A stretch of DNA of 64,000 nt, from positions 4,860-68,859 of the forward strand of contig DAVY01000020.1 in NCBI GenBank assembly GCA_002505775.1. Direction: 5' to 3'. Shown here in pieces: positions 37,403-48,239 of this stretch; position 1 is the first letter of the stretch, and each line of letters starts with the position of its first letter. The notes under the pieces are model-generated. The model was given only the letters and a program-made list of their open reading frames with translations, ran no database searches and was not told the DNA's origin. Source of the stretch: Euryarchaeota archaeon UBA130 (GTDB lineage: Archaea; Thermoplasmatota; Poseidoniia; Poseidoniales; Thalassarchaeaceae). The position numbers and the translations under genes are program-made.

Positions 37403-38728
37403 GTGCCAGGTCAGATAACTAAAAAACAAATTGAATCAATGAGAGCGGAATTTGATGGTGACCCATCAGCCAAGGTAGCTCAGAACGCAGTAACCGGGAA
37501 CAATGTGGCGTCGGTATCACTTCGTAGGGATCTAGTTCAGGAAGTAGACTTCACGTTCAGTACCAAGCTGGATGATTGGAAGGCGACAAATCAGAAGAGC
37601 AGTGGAAGATGCTGGTTGTTCGCAACATTGAATCTTTTCCGGCCCGGTACGATGAAGAAGATGAATGTGAAGGAGTTTGAGTTTAGTCAGGCGCACATCC
37701 ACTTCTGGGACAAGTTTGAACGTTCAAATCACTTTCTAGAAGCTATCATCGAGACATCAGACAGGGCCGTTGATGACAGGACGATTCACTTCTTGCTATC
37801 GGACCCGATTGGTGATGGTGGCCAGTGGAATATGGCAATGAACCTCATCAGGAAGCATGGACTAGTCCCTAAGTCGGCTTATCCAGAGTCAAATAGCAGT
37901 AGCTCTACAAGATGGATGAACTCTATTCTGAAGGACATACTGAGAAGCACGGCTAGTGAGCTCCGAGAAATTATCGGTTCTGGAGGTACCGTGGAAGATG
38001 CTAGGACTCACAAGGAGTCGAGGATGAAGGACATTTGGAGAGTTCTATGCATACACCTCGGGACGCCTCCGGAGAGTTTCGATTGGCAGTGGAGAGACAA
38101 AGACAAAGAGTTCCACCGAAGGGGAAAGATCACACCAAAGGAATTCGCTGAGGAGTTTGTTGATATTGACTGGGAAGACTACGTCTGCATAGTCAACGAT
38201 CCAAGAAACGAGTATTACCGGACTTACACGGTGGAATATCTACAGAACGTTGCTGGGGGCCCTCCTGTGGTTTACCTTAACGTACCCAGCGATGAAATGA
38301 AATCGATAACACAGAAGATTCTCGAAGACGGCCTGCCAGTGTGGATGGGTTGTGATGTCGGGAAGCAGATGGATAGGAAGAGAGGGCTTTGGGATGCCAA
38401 TCTGTTTGAGACAAATGAGCTGTATGGAGTTGATTACGGGATGAGCAAGGCGGACCGGCTGAGGTACGGACAGACCATGATGACGCATGCGATGCTATTC
38501 ACGGGGGTGGATGTCGTCGATGGTAAACCAAGGCGATGGAGAGTCGAGAACTCGTGGGGGGATGACTCTGGGGAGAAGGGATTCTACACAATGAATGATA
38601 GTTGGTATGACGAGCATATGTTCGAAATAGCAACTGCAAGGAAGTACCTTAGCGAAAAGATGCTTGATGGACTCGAGACCGAGCCAACGGTTCTGGATGC
38701 ATGGGACCCAATGGGGTCATTAGCCTAG
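37403..38728 (+). CDS. pepC: Aminopeptidase C / bleomycin hydrolase (peptidase C1B)
   Basis: 'NQKSSGRCWLFATLN' (catalytic Cys), 'THAMLFTGVD' (His), 'WRVENSWG' (Asn); 441 aa. Confidence 0.88.
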   Translation: MPGQITKKQIESMRAEFDGDPSAKVAQNAVTGNNVASVSLRRDLVQEVDFTFSTKLDDWKATNQKSSGRCWLFATLNLFRPGTMKKMNVKEFEFSQAHIHFWDKFERSNHFLEAIIETSDRAVDDRTIHFLLSDPIGDGGQWNMAMNLIRKHGLVPKSAYPESNSSSSTRWMNSILKDILRSTASELREIIGSGGTVEDARTHKESRMKDIWRVLCIHLGTPPESFDWQWRDKDKEFHRRGKITPKEFAEEFVDIDWEDYVCIVNDPRNEYYRTYTVEYLQNVAGGPPVVYLNVPSDEMKSITQKILEDGLPVWMGCDVGKQMDRKRGLWDANLFETNELYGVDYGMSKADRLRYGQTMMTHAMLFTGVDVVDGKPRRWRVENSWGDDSGEKGFYTMNDSWYDEHMFEIATARKYLSEKMLDGLETEPTVLDAWDPMGSLA

Positions 38729-39058
38729 TTATCCAAGGTTCCTGAGTGAGAGCTCTATAGTCACTGAGTCGGGGATAGGAATCCTGAGGACCTTCCTCAG
38801 AGCCTTCTCGTCTCTGGATGTGTTGGTTACTAGTTCCAGAAGTCTCTTGTGGACTCTCATTTCCCAGTGATCCCAGGTCTCGGCACCTTCTCCGTCAGGG
38901 CTCTTCCTGCATGGCACCACGATTCTCCTGGTGGGCAGGGGTATTGGACCCCTCAGCTTGACTCCGGTCTCGTCAGAGATCGACTTTATCTGATCACAAA
39001 CCTGGTTTACATCGGTATGGTTCTCTCCCGTCAGCCTGATAGTGGTGACGACGGGCAT
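38729..39058 (-). CDS. rps10: 30S ribosomal protein S10
   Basis: 'IRLTGENHTDVNQVCDQIKSISDETGVKLRGPIPLPTRR...HKRLLEL'. It follows tuf as in the archaeal tuf-rps10 unit. Confidence 0.9.
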   Translation of the reverse strand: MPVVTTIRLTGENHTDVNQVCDQIKSISDETGVKLRGPIPLPTRRIVVPCRKSPDGEGAETWDHWEMRVHKRLLELVTNTSRDEKALRKVLRIPIPDSVTIELSLRNLG

Positions 39059-39074
39059 TGATCATCACCTGTGT

Positions 39075-40367
39075 CTAAGCCTTCTTCTCGATAGCGATAC
39101 ACATTCCAGCGGCCACGGTCTTACCCATGTCACGGATAGCGAATCTGCAAAGCTCAGGGAAGTTGTCCTTGACCTCGATAGCCATTGGCTTGGTTGGCTG
39201 GAACCTGACGGTTGCTGCGTCTCCAGACTTTAGGAACGCTGGTGTCTCTCCGGTCTTTAGGTTCTTGATAAGCTCTACGAACCTGACTGCGACCTGTGCG
39301 GTGTGAGCGTGGAACACTGGGGTGTATCCTACGCCTATTGCCTTCGGAATCTCCATCATCTGGATGTTGCCGACGAATGTCTCATCGTGCCTGACGAAAA
39401 CTGGCTCGCTTTCTCCGTATCCAGCAACGTCTCCTCTGCGAATGTCAGTTGCTGCAAGACCACGTACGTTGAATCCGACGTTGTCACCAGGCTCAGCCTT
39501 GTCTACCATTGTGTGGTGCATCTCGATGCTCTTGACCTCAGCAGACTTCTGGCTTGGGTTGAAGATAACTGTCTTGCCTGTGTTGAGGACACCTGTCTCG
39601 ATCTTACCGACCGGGACGGTCCCGATTCCGCTGATCTTGTAGACGTCCTGGATTGGCAGGCGGAGAGGCCTGTCTGTTGGCTTTGGTGGCATCTCGATAG
39701 CATCGATAGCCTCGAACAGAGTTGGGCCACTGTACCATGATGTGTTCTCGCTCTTGTTGAAGACGTTGTCCCCGAGGAACGCGCTGCATGGTACGAAGGT
39801 GATCTCGTCCGGCTTGTAACCAGCGCCCTTCAGTAGTGTGCTAACTTCTGCGACAGTCTCGTTGTACTTGTCCTGGGACCAATCTACACCGCTGATGTCC
39901 ATCTTGTTGACATTGACGATTAGCTGGCTTACTCCCAGAACTCTAGCTAGGAAAGCGTGCTCCCTGGTCTGAGCGTTTACTCCGTCGTTAGCTGCGACGT
40001 TGAGAACCGCGGCGTCTGCCTGACTGGTGCCTGTGATCATGTTCTTGACGAAATCACGGTGCCCAGGAGCATCGATGATTGTGAAGTAATAGTTAGGTGT
40101 GTAGAACTCCTTGTGTGCGACATCGATGGTTATCCCACGTGCTCGCTCCTCCTTCAAGCCATCCATAACGTATGCTAGACCAAAACCGGCCTTTCCTGCC
40201 TCTGCAGCTAGCTTTTCGTTCTTCTCAATTACGTGCGCTTCTATGTGACCGCTGTCCAGAAGCAAACGACCGACTGTCGTTGACTTTCCGTGATCTACGT
40301 GCCCTACGAACACGATATTCAGATGCGGCTTACTCTTGTCTTCCCACTGTGAACCCATATTATACAC
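39075..40367 (-). CDS. tuf: Translation elongation factor EF-1alpha
   Basis: '[20 protein letters not shown]', '[17 protein letters not shown]', 'VNKMD'; 430 aa. Confidence 0.95.
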   Translation of the reverse strand: MYNMGSQWEDKSKPHLNIVFVGHVDHGKSTTVGRLLLDSGHIEAHVIEKNEKLAAEAGKAGFGLAYVMDGLKEERARGITIDVAHKEFYTPNYYFTIIDAPGHRDFVKNMITGTSQADAAVLNVAANDGVNAQTREHAFLARVLGVSQLIVNVNKMDISGVDWSQDKYNETVAEVSTLLKGAGYKPDEITFVPCSAFLGDNVFNKSENTSWYSGPTLFEAIDAIEMPPKPTDRPLRLPIQDVYKISGIGTVPVGKIETGVLNTGKTVIFNPSQKSAEVKSIEMHHTMVDKAEPGDNVGFNVRGLAATDIRRGDVAGYGESEPVFVRHDETFVGNIQMMEIPKAIGVGYTPVFHAHTAQVAVRFVELIKNLKTGETPAFLKSGDAATVRFQPTKPMAIEVKDNFPELCRFAIRDMGKTVAAGMCIAIEKKA

Positions 40368-40469
40368 CTCTAAGTGTGGCCCGCCGACCGAAGGGGCGTA
40401 TATGAATCGTTCCCCGGGGCCCGTATCCGTGTATGCCTACACAAACGCGTTTCAGGATGCCGAAAACGG

Positions 40470-41696
40470 CTATCTATACTGGAGTTCCACTATGAAGTAG
40501 TTCACCTTGGTGGTATGCGTCTCCTCATTGACCAGATCCGCTGTCCAGTCCCCCGGTATGAAGCCCCTGACGGTAGACGCTCCAATTACTAACCAGACGC
40601 AATAGTCGTCCGACCCGCAGTCTCCTGCATTCCTGTTGTCATTTGATAAGCCCGTTGAGTTCGCTATTTCTTCATCCGTGCCGTTGTATAGGTAGATGTC
40701 TAGCTTATTATCTGTTGTAGTGACAGGACCTCCGCCTATTCCCCCGCCCGCTTGGTCATCGTCCTGCTGTGGATAGTCAACCTTGGTTCTGAGGTATCTA
40801 ATCCTGTCTTTCGTGTCCTCGTCATAAGTCACAGGGAATTCCCAAGTCATGATAATAGTGTCCTGTATCCTCCTGTCCATCTCAAAATCGCTCCATTTGC
40901 CTTGGTAGTTGACGTAGACTGTAGAGTCATCATAGTGAGTGAGTCCATTGTTATCTGTAACGGTGAGCCTGACGTCCCATGCTCCTGCAGGCCTCTCCTG
41001 CCACTCTACTGTCTCCCCGGTTGCATCAACATCGTTGTTTTCTATGCCATCTCCGTCAGAATCCGTGTTCCTGTCGAGATCCCATTCGTAACTAACGATA
41101 TATTCCTCTGCATAACAATCTGGCTCGTCGGGATCACATCCTGCCCACGACGAGGAGCCATCCAGTAGGACTGTGACTGAAACCGAAACTTGCCTGTCAT
41201 CTATTTCGTTCTCCTCGCAGACCCATACCATCACGAAGTCCCCATTGGGCGGGCTGTCTCCATCGCAGTTGTCGTCCTTGTTGGGTGTTATTTCAGCGTG
41301 GGGCTCTCTGGCTGATGAGTCAATTACCGAGATGAGCTTGCTGGTGGTTACCTCGTGGGTACCATCGCTTACGGCAAGCTTGGCGGAATACTCGCCAGGC
41401 TGAGCATAAGAGTGACTTGTTGTGAGACCGTTTCCAGTGTTTCCATCACCAAAGGTCCATGTGAAAGTCATGGGATCAGCATCGGGATCTGAGGACCCGA
41501 CAGCACTGAACGTGATGCTATCTCCAGCCCTGACAGATCCGGAGGGGTCAATTGTCATGTTTGCAGTGGGAGGACTGTTGCTTCCAAGAACATCCATACA
41601 GCCGGCCAGTGAAGTGAAAATCATCATCAAGACCATCAACAGGCCCGCAGACTTGCCCCCTCTCATGGACACCGCTGGGAAGTCGTATGAAATCAA
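40470..41696 (-). CDS. Secreted lipobox protein with PKD domain
   Basis: 'MMIFTSLAGC' lipobox-like signal. 'ITFSAVGSSDPDADPMTFTWTFGDGNTGNGLTTSHSYAQPGEYSAKLAVSDG' is a canonical PKD motif. Confidence 0.7.
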   Translation of the reverse strand: MISYDFPAVSMRGGKSAGLLMVLMMIFTSLAGCMDVLGSNSPPTANMTIDPSGSVRAGDSITFSAVGSSDPDADPMTFTWTFGDGNTGNGLTTSHSYAQPGEYSAKLAVSDGTHEVTTSKLISVIDSSAREPHAEITPNKDDNCDGDSPPNGDFVMVWVCEENEIDDRQVSVSVTVLLDGSSSWAGCDPDEPDCYAEEYIVSYEWDLDRNTDSDGDGIENNDVDATGETVEWQERPAGAWDVRLTVTDNNGLTHYDDSTVYVNYQGKWSDFEMDRRIQDTIIMTWEFPVTYDEDTKDRIRYLRTKVDYPQQDDDQAGGGIGGGPVTTTDNKLDIYLYNGTDEEIANSTGLSNDNRNAGDCGSDDYCVWLVIGASTVRGFIPGDWTADLVNEETHTTKVNYFIVELQYR

Positions 41697-41711
41697 CCCT
41701 ACGATAAGATG

Positions 41712-44339
41712 CTAGAAGTCTAGGAGGCTCTTCTGGCCCTTGGGCCTGGCTCCATCCAATAGCTCCTTCTCCCCCTGTCCGAAAGCCTCTGTTACTCTCC
41801 CGAGGGATTTGGCAAGGCGCTTGGCGTAGTAGTCTGTATCGTATTCGGGTGGTTCACCACCGATTTCGTCAACGAGCCATGCCTTGACTCCGAGCTTCTT
41901 GTCACCACCCTCTGGCTTCGTGATTACGTATCCTACCTTCATTCCGGGTGTGAATTGAAGTCCTGCTGCGATTCTTTGCTTGGCGGCTCTTACATACGGC
42001 AGGCCATCAGGATTAGCGTAGACACTGTCAAAGTCCCATTCGTTCTTCTTTGAATTCCACTTGCCTTTGCATGATCGACTGATTACCAGTCTAGATGGGT
42101 CGACATCTCCACTACGAACCTCGTCGATCGCTAACTTCGTCATATCTACAGCTCCTTCTGTGTTCCCATCGAGGAGCATCTCGAACATCTCTGTCATTGT
42201 CTCGGATAGTAAATCGAAAGAGTCGGTCCTCCTCACCTCATAGCCTCTAATCAGCATCTCTTCCCTAGGCCACACTACTCTTCCAACATACCTCTTTTTG
42301 GCACCATGGCTGAAGAATGCGGAAAGTGCTGTCTCGAATTCTAGCTCAGCTCCCTCCCTGGTGAATCTACTCGCCAGCTCATGCCCGAACTCCAAGGTCT
42401 CTTCTCTTGCCTTGTTCCATTCCTTCGAGACCATGGGGTCTTCGGATCGGTTCGTCGGAGCTCCTGAGTCCACTGGTGACTTCACGAAAATCGAGTCTGT
42501 GTCGGAGTAAATGACGTCGTTACCGCCTTCCTCGACTTGTGATATTATCGCTTTGATGTTGTGTCTAGCCCATTCGGTTATGCTAGCTCCCAAGTCTGGG
42601 TGAGTGAACCTGTAGAAACTAGACGCAAATACCCCATAGAATGAATTCATCAGTATTTTTACCGCATACTGCAGTTGGTCTAGTAAAAAGGCCTCGACTG
42701 GATCATTTCCCTCTTGTGCCTCCTCCATGCCCCTCTTGTAAAGGTCCCTCTTTTCCATTAAGTCCTCCAAAAGCCTGGGGACTAGACCGTTCATATCCTC
42801 CTTTGATTTGTATCTAGTTCCAGTTGTTGGGGAAACACTGTGTGATTTGTCCTCATCTCCATCAGTTACCAGGGTGGTGGAGCAAATGTTGTTGCTTATC
42901 ATTATGGAGGGGTACATGGATTTGAAGTCAAGAACGACTACCCATGGCTCCATTCCTGGCTCGACCTCATGCACGTAGCCTCCTGCAATCTGATCTCTCT
43001 TCCTAGGTCCTGCATTTGTCATTGGTACTGCTATCAACTCCTTGTCTGCCAGTCTCATGACCAATGAGTCAATCCACTGGCTGGTGGTGCCATTCGCGGC
43101 TGTCTCCACTGCAGTAAGTGAAACTGATGCAAGGGCCTCCTTTCTTGCTATGGCCTTGAGATGTCCTAGAATATCTAGGGGGAGATGAGTGTCTCTGACG
43201 CAGTACTCCATCACCACATCGGGCCTAGCGGCCCATTCCTCGTCCATCTTACTCGCATCCACATCGAGCTTTCTCATGTCCTCGTTCTCAGGCCATAGAA
43301 GCTGCGATACGTACCTTAGTGACTCCCTTTGTGGCCTCAGAGTCTGTCGGGCCTGCCACCATGCATCCATGGGGATTCTTCCGGGAATTCTCCAGACCCT
43401 ATTTTGTTGCCTGGTTGGGAAAATTCGTTTCCCCTCACCTTCTTTCATGGGAACTCTGCCCCAACCGAACAGAGGTGATCTGCTATACTTCGGCCTTGGG
43501 GAGATTGCCTCGGCCCTCTCCTCCATTCTTGGAAGGTCGAAATTATCGATGTTGTACCCTGTGACGAAGTCTGGATCTTGCTCTCTGACGAGGGTAGTTA
43601 GCCCCTCCATAATTTCCCTCTCTTCGCCTCTGAACTGGTGCTCCGAACGCTCCCCAGCACGATCTATTACCGCAGCTGCACATAGTATGCGATTAGTGGC
43701 AATGCTTGTCTCGAGGTCGAAAGAAAAAGTAACGAAGGGGGCGGGAAAGGGATCGGTTCTGGATAATCCTTGGAGATTGCAGGAAAGTATCATGTCAACC
43801 GGGTATATTCCAGACCCGCCCTCTTTCACTACGGTTTCTTCAACTGAGGATGGGTCAGTATTAGAGCTGTTTTTTACTGCATCTGGTGCTCTTTCGCCCG
43901 CCCAAAGAACCTCCCCTCTCGCATTGATGTGTGGCCCTAAGTCCAGATCCAGCATTAGGCGGTTCTGGAACGGTATATCTGCGCTGGTGACTTCCCAGTC
44001 CTCCAGCTTCTTCCTGAGTCTCCTCACTGAGTAAGGCTGATCTGCGTAGACCCTCCAATGCCTCTTGACACCATGCCTAGTCCACTTCATGACTGGTTCT
44101 GATACTTCCATTACCTCGGTGATTTCCCTTACAGACTCTAGGTCTGGAACGTATTCGTGGTCAGGTGGTCCTCGCACTGCGATATCGAAGTATGGACGTA
44201 GACCGTGGACCAGTAGCAGGACGGAATGGCCTTCCTCGGCTCTGCACCATAGCTCGACAACAGTTCTTGGGGAAGGCGAGTCTATTGATTGATAGGAGCC
44301 GGACACGATGCACATCTTACCCTCCCACTCCATCCGCAT
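41712..44339 (-). CDS. polB: Family B DNA polymerase
   Basis: Exo I 'FSFDLETS', 'GYNIDNFDLP', pol motifs 'DFKSMYPSIMISNNI', 'KILMNSFYG', 'VIYSDTDSIFV'; 875 aa, no intein-sized insert. Confidence 0.93.
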   Translation of the reverse strand: MRMEWEGKMCIVSGSYQSIDSPSPRTVVELWCRAEEGHSVLLLVHGLRPYFDIAVRGPPDHEYVPDLESVREITEVMEVSEPVMKWTRHGVKRHWRVYADQPYSVRRLRKKLEDWEVTSADIPFQNRLMLDLDLGPHINARGEVLWAGERAPDAVKNSSNTDPSSVEETVVKEGGSGIYPVDMILSCNLQGLSRTDPFPAPFVTFSFDLETSIATNRILCAAAVIDRAGERSEHQFRGEEREIMEGLTTLVREQDPDFVTGYNIDNFDLPRMEERAEAISPRPKYSRSPLFGWGRVPMKEGEGKRIFPTRQQNRVWRIPGRIPMDAWWQARQTLRPQRESLRYVSQLLWPENEDMRKLDVDASKMDEEWAARPDVVMEYCVRDTHLPLDILGHLKAIARKEALASVSLTAVETAANGTTSQWIDSLVMRLADKELIAVPMTNAGPRKRDQIAGGYVHEVEPGMEPWVVVLDFKSMYPSIMISNNICSTTLVTDGDEDKSHSVSPTTGTRYKSKEDMNGLVPRLLEDLMEKRDLYKRGMEEAQEGNDPVEAFLLDQLQYAVKILMNSFYGVFASSFYRFTHPDLGASITEWARHNIKAIISQVEEGGNDVIYSDTDSIFVKSPVDSGAPTNRSEDPMVSKEWNKAREETLEFGHELASRFTREGAELEFETALSAFFSHGAKKRYVGRVVWPREEMLIRGYEVRRTDSFDLLSETMTEMFEMLLDGNTEGAVDMTKLAIDEVRSGDVDPSRLVISRSCKGKWNSKKNEWDFDSVYANPDGLPYVRAAKQRIAAGLQFTPGMKVGYVITKPEGGDKKLGVKAWLVDEIGGEPPEYDTDYYAKRLAKSLGRVTEAFGQGEKELLDGARPKGQKSLLDF

Positions 44340-44468
44340 GCCTCGCTGTCAGGGGATAACACACGGTCTTCAAAGTATGTACTGAAGTGCCACCATATCA
44401 AAGATAGGAGAGGCTGCGTGCGTAATCGTTGAAAGCCGGCTTGCTTCCGTGGAGGCAGGGGACTGACA

Positions 44469-45497
44469 GTGCTAGACGAAAGTGAACCGGTGGTCGACTG
44501 GGATTCTCTCACTTTCAGCTTCACGAAGACAGACAGGATGTACCTCTCCAAATGCGAGCTGGGAGGAGAGTGGGCTGTCGGTTCAATGATGGACTTCGAG
44601 GATCTGGTGATATCTCCTGCGGCTGGAGTCCTCAATTACGGACAGGGCCTCTTTGAGGGGATGAAGGCCCAGCGGGCTTCAGACGGAAGTATCGTTCTCT
44701 TCAGGCCAGATAGGAATGCCAAGAGAGCGCAAGAGGGGGCGATGAGACTTGGTATGCCCCCTGTGCCTGAGGAGATTTTCTTGGATGCGGTCATCAAGAC
44801 CGTACGGGAGAATTCCAGATGGGTTCCACCAATGGGCAAGGGCGCTCTCTACATCAGGCCCCTACTTATGGGGAGTGGGCCAATCCTAGGAGTCGCTCCA
44901 GCCCCTGAGTACACATTCTTGGTATTCACCTCTCCCGTTGGACCATACTTCAAAGGGGGGATTACTCCGACCTCTCTCAGAGTATCGGATAGGTTCCACA
45001 GAGCGGCTCCCGGTGGGTCAGGAGGAGTGAAGGCCATTGGAAACTACGCACCCGGGATGATACCCTCCAAGATGGCAAAGAAAGAAGGGTATTCAGAGAT
45101 TATCTACTTGGACGCGGTAAATCATAGGTACATCGAAGAAGTAGGGGCCGCGAACTTCTTCTGCGTAAAGGATGGAGTCATCTCGACGCCTGAATTAACG
45201 GGAACAATTCTTCCCGGGGTGACTCGGGCATCAATAATCGAGCTTGCTATGGCACGGGGCTATGAAGTGAGGGAAGAGAAGGTCGATGTGGAGTATGCGA
45301 TGAGTGCTGATGAGTGCTTCTGCGTGGGAACAGCGGCCGTAGTGTCCTCTATAGGGAAAATCCAGTATGGGGAGAGGGTAAAAGAGTACTATGGCGGGGA
45401 AGTTGGGCCGGTAACTAGGGAGCTATACGAGAATCTCACGGCGATACAGCAGAAGCGCTCTCCTGATGAATTTGGATGGATTGTAGACGTCGAATGA
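44469..45497 (+). CDS. ilvE: Branched-chain amino acid aminotransferase (fold type IV)
   Basis: 'LNYGQGLFEGMKA', 'ALYIRPLLMGSGP', 'GGVKAIGNYA', 'EVGAANFF', 'GTILPGVTR'. Confidence 0.85.
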   Translation: MLDESEPVVDWDSLTFSFTKTDRMYLSKCELGGEWAVGSMMDFEDLVISPAAGVLNYGQGLFEGMKAQRASDGSIVLFRPDRNAKRAQEGAMRLGMPPVPEEIFLDAVIKTVRENSRWVPPMGKGALYIRPLLMGSGPILGVAPAPEYTFLVFTSPVGPYFKGGITPTSLRVSDRFHRAAPGGSGGVKAIGNYAPGMIPSKMAKKEGYSEIIYLDAVNHRYIEEVGAANFFCVKDGVISTPELTGTILPGVTRASIIELAMARGYEVREEKVDVEYAMSADECFCVGTAAVVSSIGKIQYGERVKEYYGGEVGPVTRELYENLTAIQQKRSPDEFGWIVDVE

Positions 45498-45522
45498 GAA
45501 AACTCACCGGGGCAACATAATT

Positions 45523-47019
45523 GTGCATAAACCAAGTCGACCAAACATGAAGGTGGGCTCTCTCCTAGTCGTTCTGATGATGGTTTTAGTCCCTGCAACC
45601 GGTTGTATCCACACCAATGACGGCGGTAGTCCGAATAATATTGAGGACGAGGGCGAAACCAGAGTCTTCGTCACTGGCCCAGATGGAATGGATTTGGGTC
45701 TCCCGCCTGTGCAAATGGAGTTCGTATTCAGTGATGTTGGGGAGGACGGAGCTGAGCCCAGCATTGGAATAACCTCCAGTGGTTGCATATTCTTCATTGC
45801 ATTTGAGAAGGTCATGAGGTCTTGTGACTACGGGCAATCATGGGAGGAGGTGACTGGCCCAGAGTGCTCTTTCACCACCAGTGATCCATACGGGTGGGTG
45901 GACCCTGTGACGGACAGGATATTCAACGTCCAGATGCAGGGTCTAGAGACTTCTTGGATTTGCTGGAGTGATGACGACGGAGAGAGCTGGTTGGGAAATC
46001 CTCACGACTCTGGCACAACCCCTCTGAATGACCATATTAAGCTAGCAACGGGGCCTTGGACTAGTAGCGGATATGGGATAGGTGGATCGATTTCACAGTC
46101 ATTCTACGATCAGGCAGTCTACTACTGCTACAACAAGGGAGTGGGGATTTTCTGCTTCACGAGCTTTGACGGGGGTGCCACGTTCGAGGCTGGAGGGCAG
46201 ATCTTCGGTCTTGCAACGTCAAATGGTGGCCTACACGGGGCGATAACTAGCGCTCCCGATGGGACCGTCTACGTAACCCCGAGAGTTGAAACTCCCACTG
46301 TGATTGTCTCCAAAGATAACGGATTCAGCTGGGACGAATACACCATGGGCGAGGACGTAGGGACACCTTATCCACGCAAGAACTCGGAAGTCGCGACTGA
46401 TACCCAGTCCAATGCATACCATATCTGGACGGGTGGTGATGAGGGGGTGTATATGTCCAGAAGTATAGACTCAGGGGAGAGCTGGGAGCAAACTAGCATC
46501 AGGATAAGTCCGATAGAGGTTATCTCTACGACGTTCCCCCAAGTCGATGCAGGAGACCCTGGTAGGATAGCAATAACATACCTGGGAAGTGAAAATTCAA
46601 GCGAGTTGGGGGAGCCTGATATAGATGGAGAAAATTGGACTGGGAACGCCCATTACGCCACCACAAACGTCAGTTATCACCTCTACATTACACTCAGTCT
46701 GAACGCACTGGATCCATCTCCCACGTTCTACACCTACAGAGTCACGGATGACCCAGTTCAAATCGGCAGTATCTGCCTAAACAGCGGAGACTGTAGGGAT
46801 ATTGGAGGGTCCAACAGAAATCTGCTTGATTTCAATGACCTGCATATAGACAGGGAAGGGAGGGTCTTCGTGGCTTTTGCAGATGGTTGCACAGACTCGT
46901 GCGCTTCGGATTCGAACTCCACTGCGGAGGACTCCCGTAGTAGACGGGGTTCTGTTTACTTCCTTGGCAGTGGACCAAGCCTGTACGATTCAGTGGGCCT
47001 CATGGAAATGCCGTTCTGA
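45523..47019 (+). CDS. Secreted BNR/Asp-box repeat (sialidase-like beta-propeller) protein
   Basis: Lipobox-like 'VPATGC'. Repeated SxDxGxTW-type boxes: 'CDYGQSWEE', 'SDDDGESW', 'SFDGGATF', 'SKDNGFSW', 'SIDSGESWE'. Confidence 0.7.
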   Translation: MHKPSRPNMKVGSLLVVLMMVLVPATGCIHTNDGGSPNNIEDEGETRVFVTGPDGMDLGLPPVQMEFVFSDVGEDGAEPSIGITSSGCIFFIAFEKVMRSCDYGQSWEEVTGPECSFTTSDPYGWVDPVTDRIFNVQMQGLETSWICWSDDDGESWLGNPHDSGTTPLNDHIKLATGPWTSSGYGIGGSISQSFYDQAVYYCYNKGVGIFCFTSFDGGATFEAGGQIFGLATSNGGLHGAITSAPDGTVYVTPRVETPTVIVSKDNGFSWDEYTMGEDVGTPYPRKNSEVATDTQSNAYHIWTGGDEGVYMSRSIDSGESWEQTSIRISPIEVISTTFPQVDAGDPGRIAITYLGSENSSELGEPDIDGENWTGNAHYATTNVSYHLYITLSLNALDPSPTFYTYRVTDDPVQIGSICLNSGDCRDIGGSNRNLLDFNDLHIDREGRVFVAFADGCTDSCASDSNSTAEDSRSRRGSVYFLGSGPSLYDSVGLMEMPF

Positions 47020-48162
47020 TCATGGATAGAACAGGAATGCGGCCCCCAGGACCAGGTATGTCCCAAGCAACATTGCGCCTTCGAGCCAGTTCGACTTGCC
47101 ATCAGATGCAATTATGTTGACTATCAAGACAGCGAGAAATGCCGAGACTGTCTCCAATAAGCCAAATTCGAATGTCAGTGGAACGTCGAGTGCCCAAGCC
47201 ACTAGAATCATCATCGGAGCGACAAAGACCGCGATCTGAGTGGATGATCCCATTGAGATAGCAAATGAGAGGTCCATCTTGTCCTTGCCCGCGACCACCA
47301 CAGCGGTGAAGTGCTCAGCCGCATTTCCGAAGAGAGGCAGTAGAATTACTCCGATGAATAGATGAGGTAGTCCTAGGCCATCGTCCGAGGCAGCATACTC
47401 TACTGAGTGTACGAGAATCTCTGCCATCCAGGATACAAGGATGGTTGCTACAACTAGAAGGATTATGGCATCGCGCTTACTCATCTCTGGAGCCTCGTGC
47501 CCGTGAGTTTCAGTTGCGAACAGGTCTACATGAGACTTGAACTGGAAGTACAGGAATAGGCCGTACAAGAAAAGTAGAACCACGGCCGCAACGTGACTCA
47601 GTCGCATTACTCCCTCCTCTCCCTCGACACCCCCCACGGTTGAGTTGAATACCGTTGGAATGATCAGAACTATCATTGCTAGCAACATAAGTGAGCCGTT
47701 TGAGCTAACCTGGGTTTCAGAGAATTTCTGCTCTGGGAAGTTGATTCCACCCCACAAAAATGCAAGACCCATGACGAGGAGTATATTTCCGAGTATGCTA
47801 CCTATCAAGCTTGCTTGAACTAGGCCTACCATCAGTGCTTCCGTATCACTTCCAGAGGCCGCCTTCGATGCGGTATAAATTGCAAGAAGGGCGATTATCA
47901 TCTCTGCGGCATTTCCGAACGTTGCGTTCAACAACCCGCCCAATGATTCTGAGGTATAGAGTGCTATCTCCTCAGTCGCCCTCCCCATCAGGAATGCAAG
48001 AGGCATTATGGCCAGAAGGGAGAAGACGAAGGACATCGACTCGTCATGCGCGATATATGCGAAGTAGAGTGTTATTGGAAGTGCTATCAATAATAGGTTC
48101 AGCTTACTATCTCTAGGGTTCATGGCTTGAACCCAGCTAATCTCGGAGGACATGTGACTCAT
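47020..48162 (-). CDS. Ca2+/H+ (cation) antiporter, CaCA/CAX family
   Basis: Two alpha-repeats, 'GNAAEMIIALLA' and 'GNAAEHFTAVVVA'. I rejected the first roughly 98 aa of the listed 478-aa ORF (non-membrane, overlaps the divergent gene). ATG 48162, 48153 or 48123 are possible starts. Confidence 0.8.
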   Translation of the reverse strand: MSHMSSEISWVQAMNPRDSKLNLLLIALPITLYFAYIAHDESMSFVFSLLAIMPLAFLMGRATEEIALYTSESLGGLLNATFGNAAEMIIALLAIYTASKAASGSDTEALMVGLVQASLIGSILGNILLVMGLAFLWGGINFPEQKFSETQVSSNGSLMLLAMIVLIIPTVFNSTVGGVEGEEGVMRLSHVAAVVLLFLYGLFLYFQFKSHVDLFATETHGHEAPEMSKRDAIILLVVATILVSWMAEILVHSVEYAASDDGLGLPHLFIGVILLPLFGNAAEHFTAVVVAGKDKMDLSFAISMGSSTQIAVFVAPMMILVAWALDVPLTFEFGLLETVSAFLAVLIVNIIASDGKSNWLEGAMLLGTYLVLGAAFLFYP

Positions 48163-48239
48163 TCTTCCCAGAGCCTCATGTGAGGTGAATGTTGCGCCTA
48201 AGCAGGAGCTTTCATTGCTTCTCGCTAGGACGGGGTGGC

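Noticed and set aside
43189-44034. 281-aa plus-strand ORF inside polB
   Set aside because: It is antisense to a gene with clear family-B polymerase motifs, is Ser/Leu-rich and has no motif.
41712-44339. Inteins in polB (and in aIF5B at 25175-26962)
   Set aside because: Both proteins have normal lengths and contiguous catalytic motifs. No Cys/Ser...HN-type splicing blocks or large inserts were seen.
44340-44468. Replication origin near polB
   Set aside because: The 129-nt divergent spacer shows no repeated ORB-like boxes or AT-rich unwinding stretch, and there is no orc1/cdc6 gene in the window.
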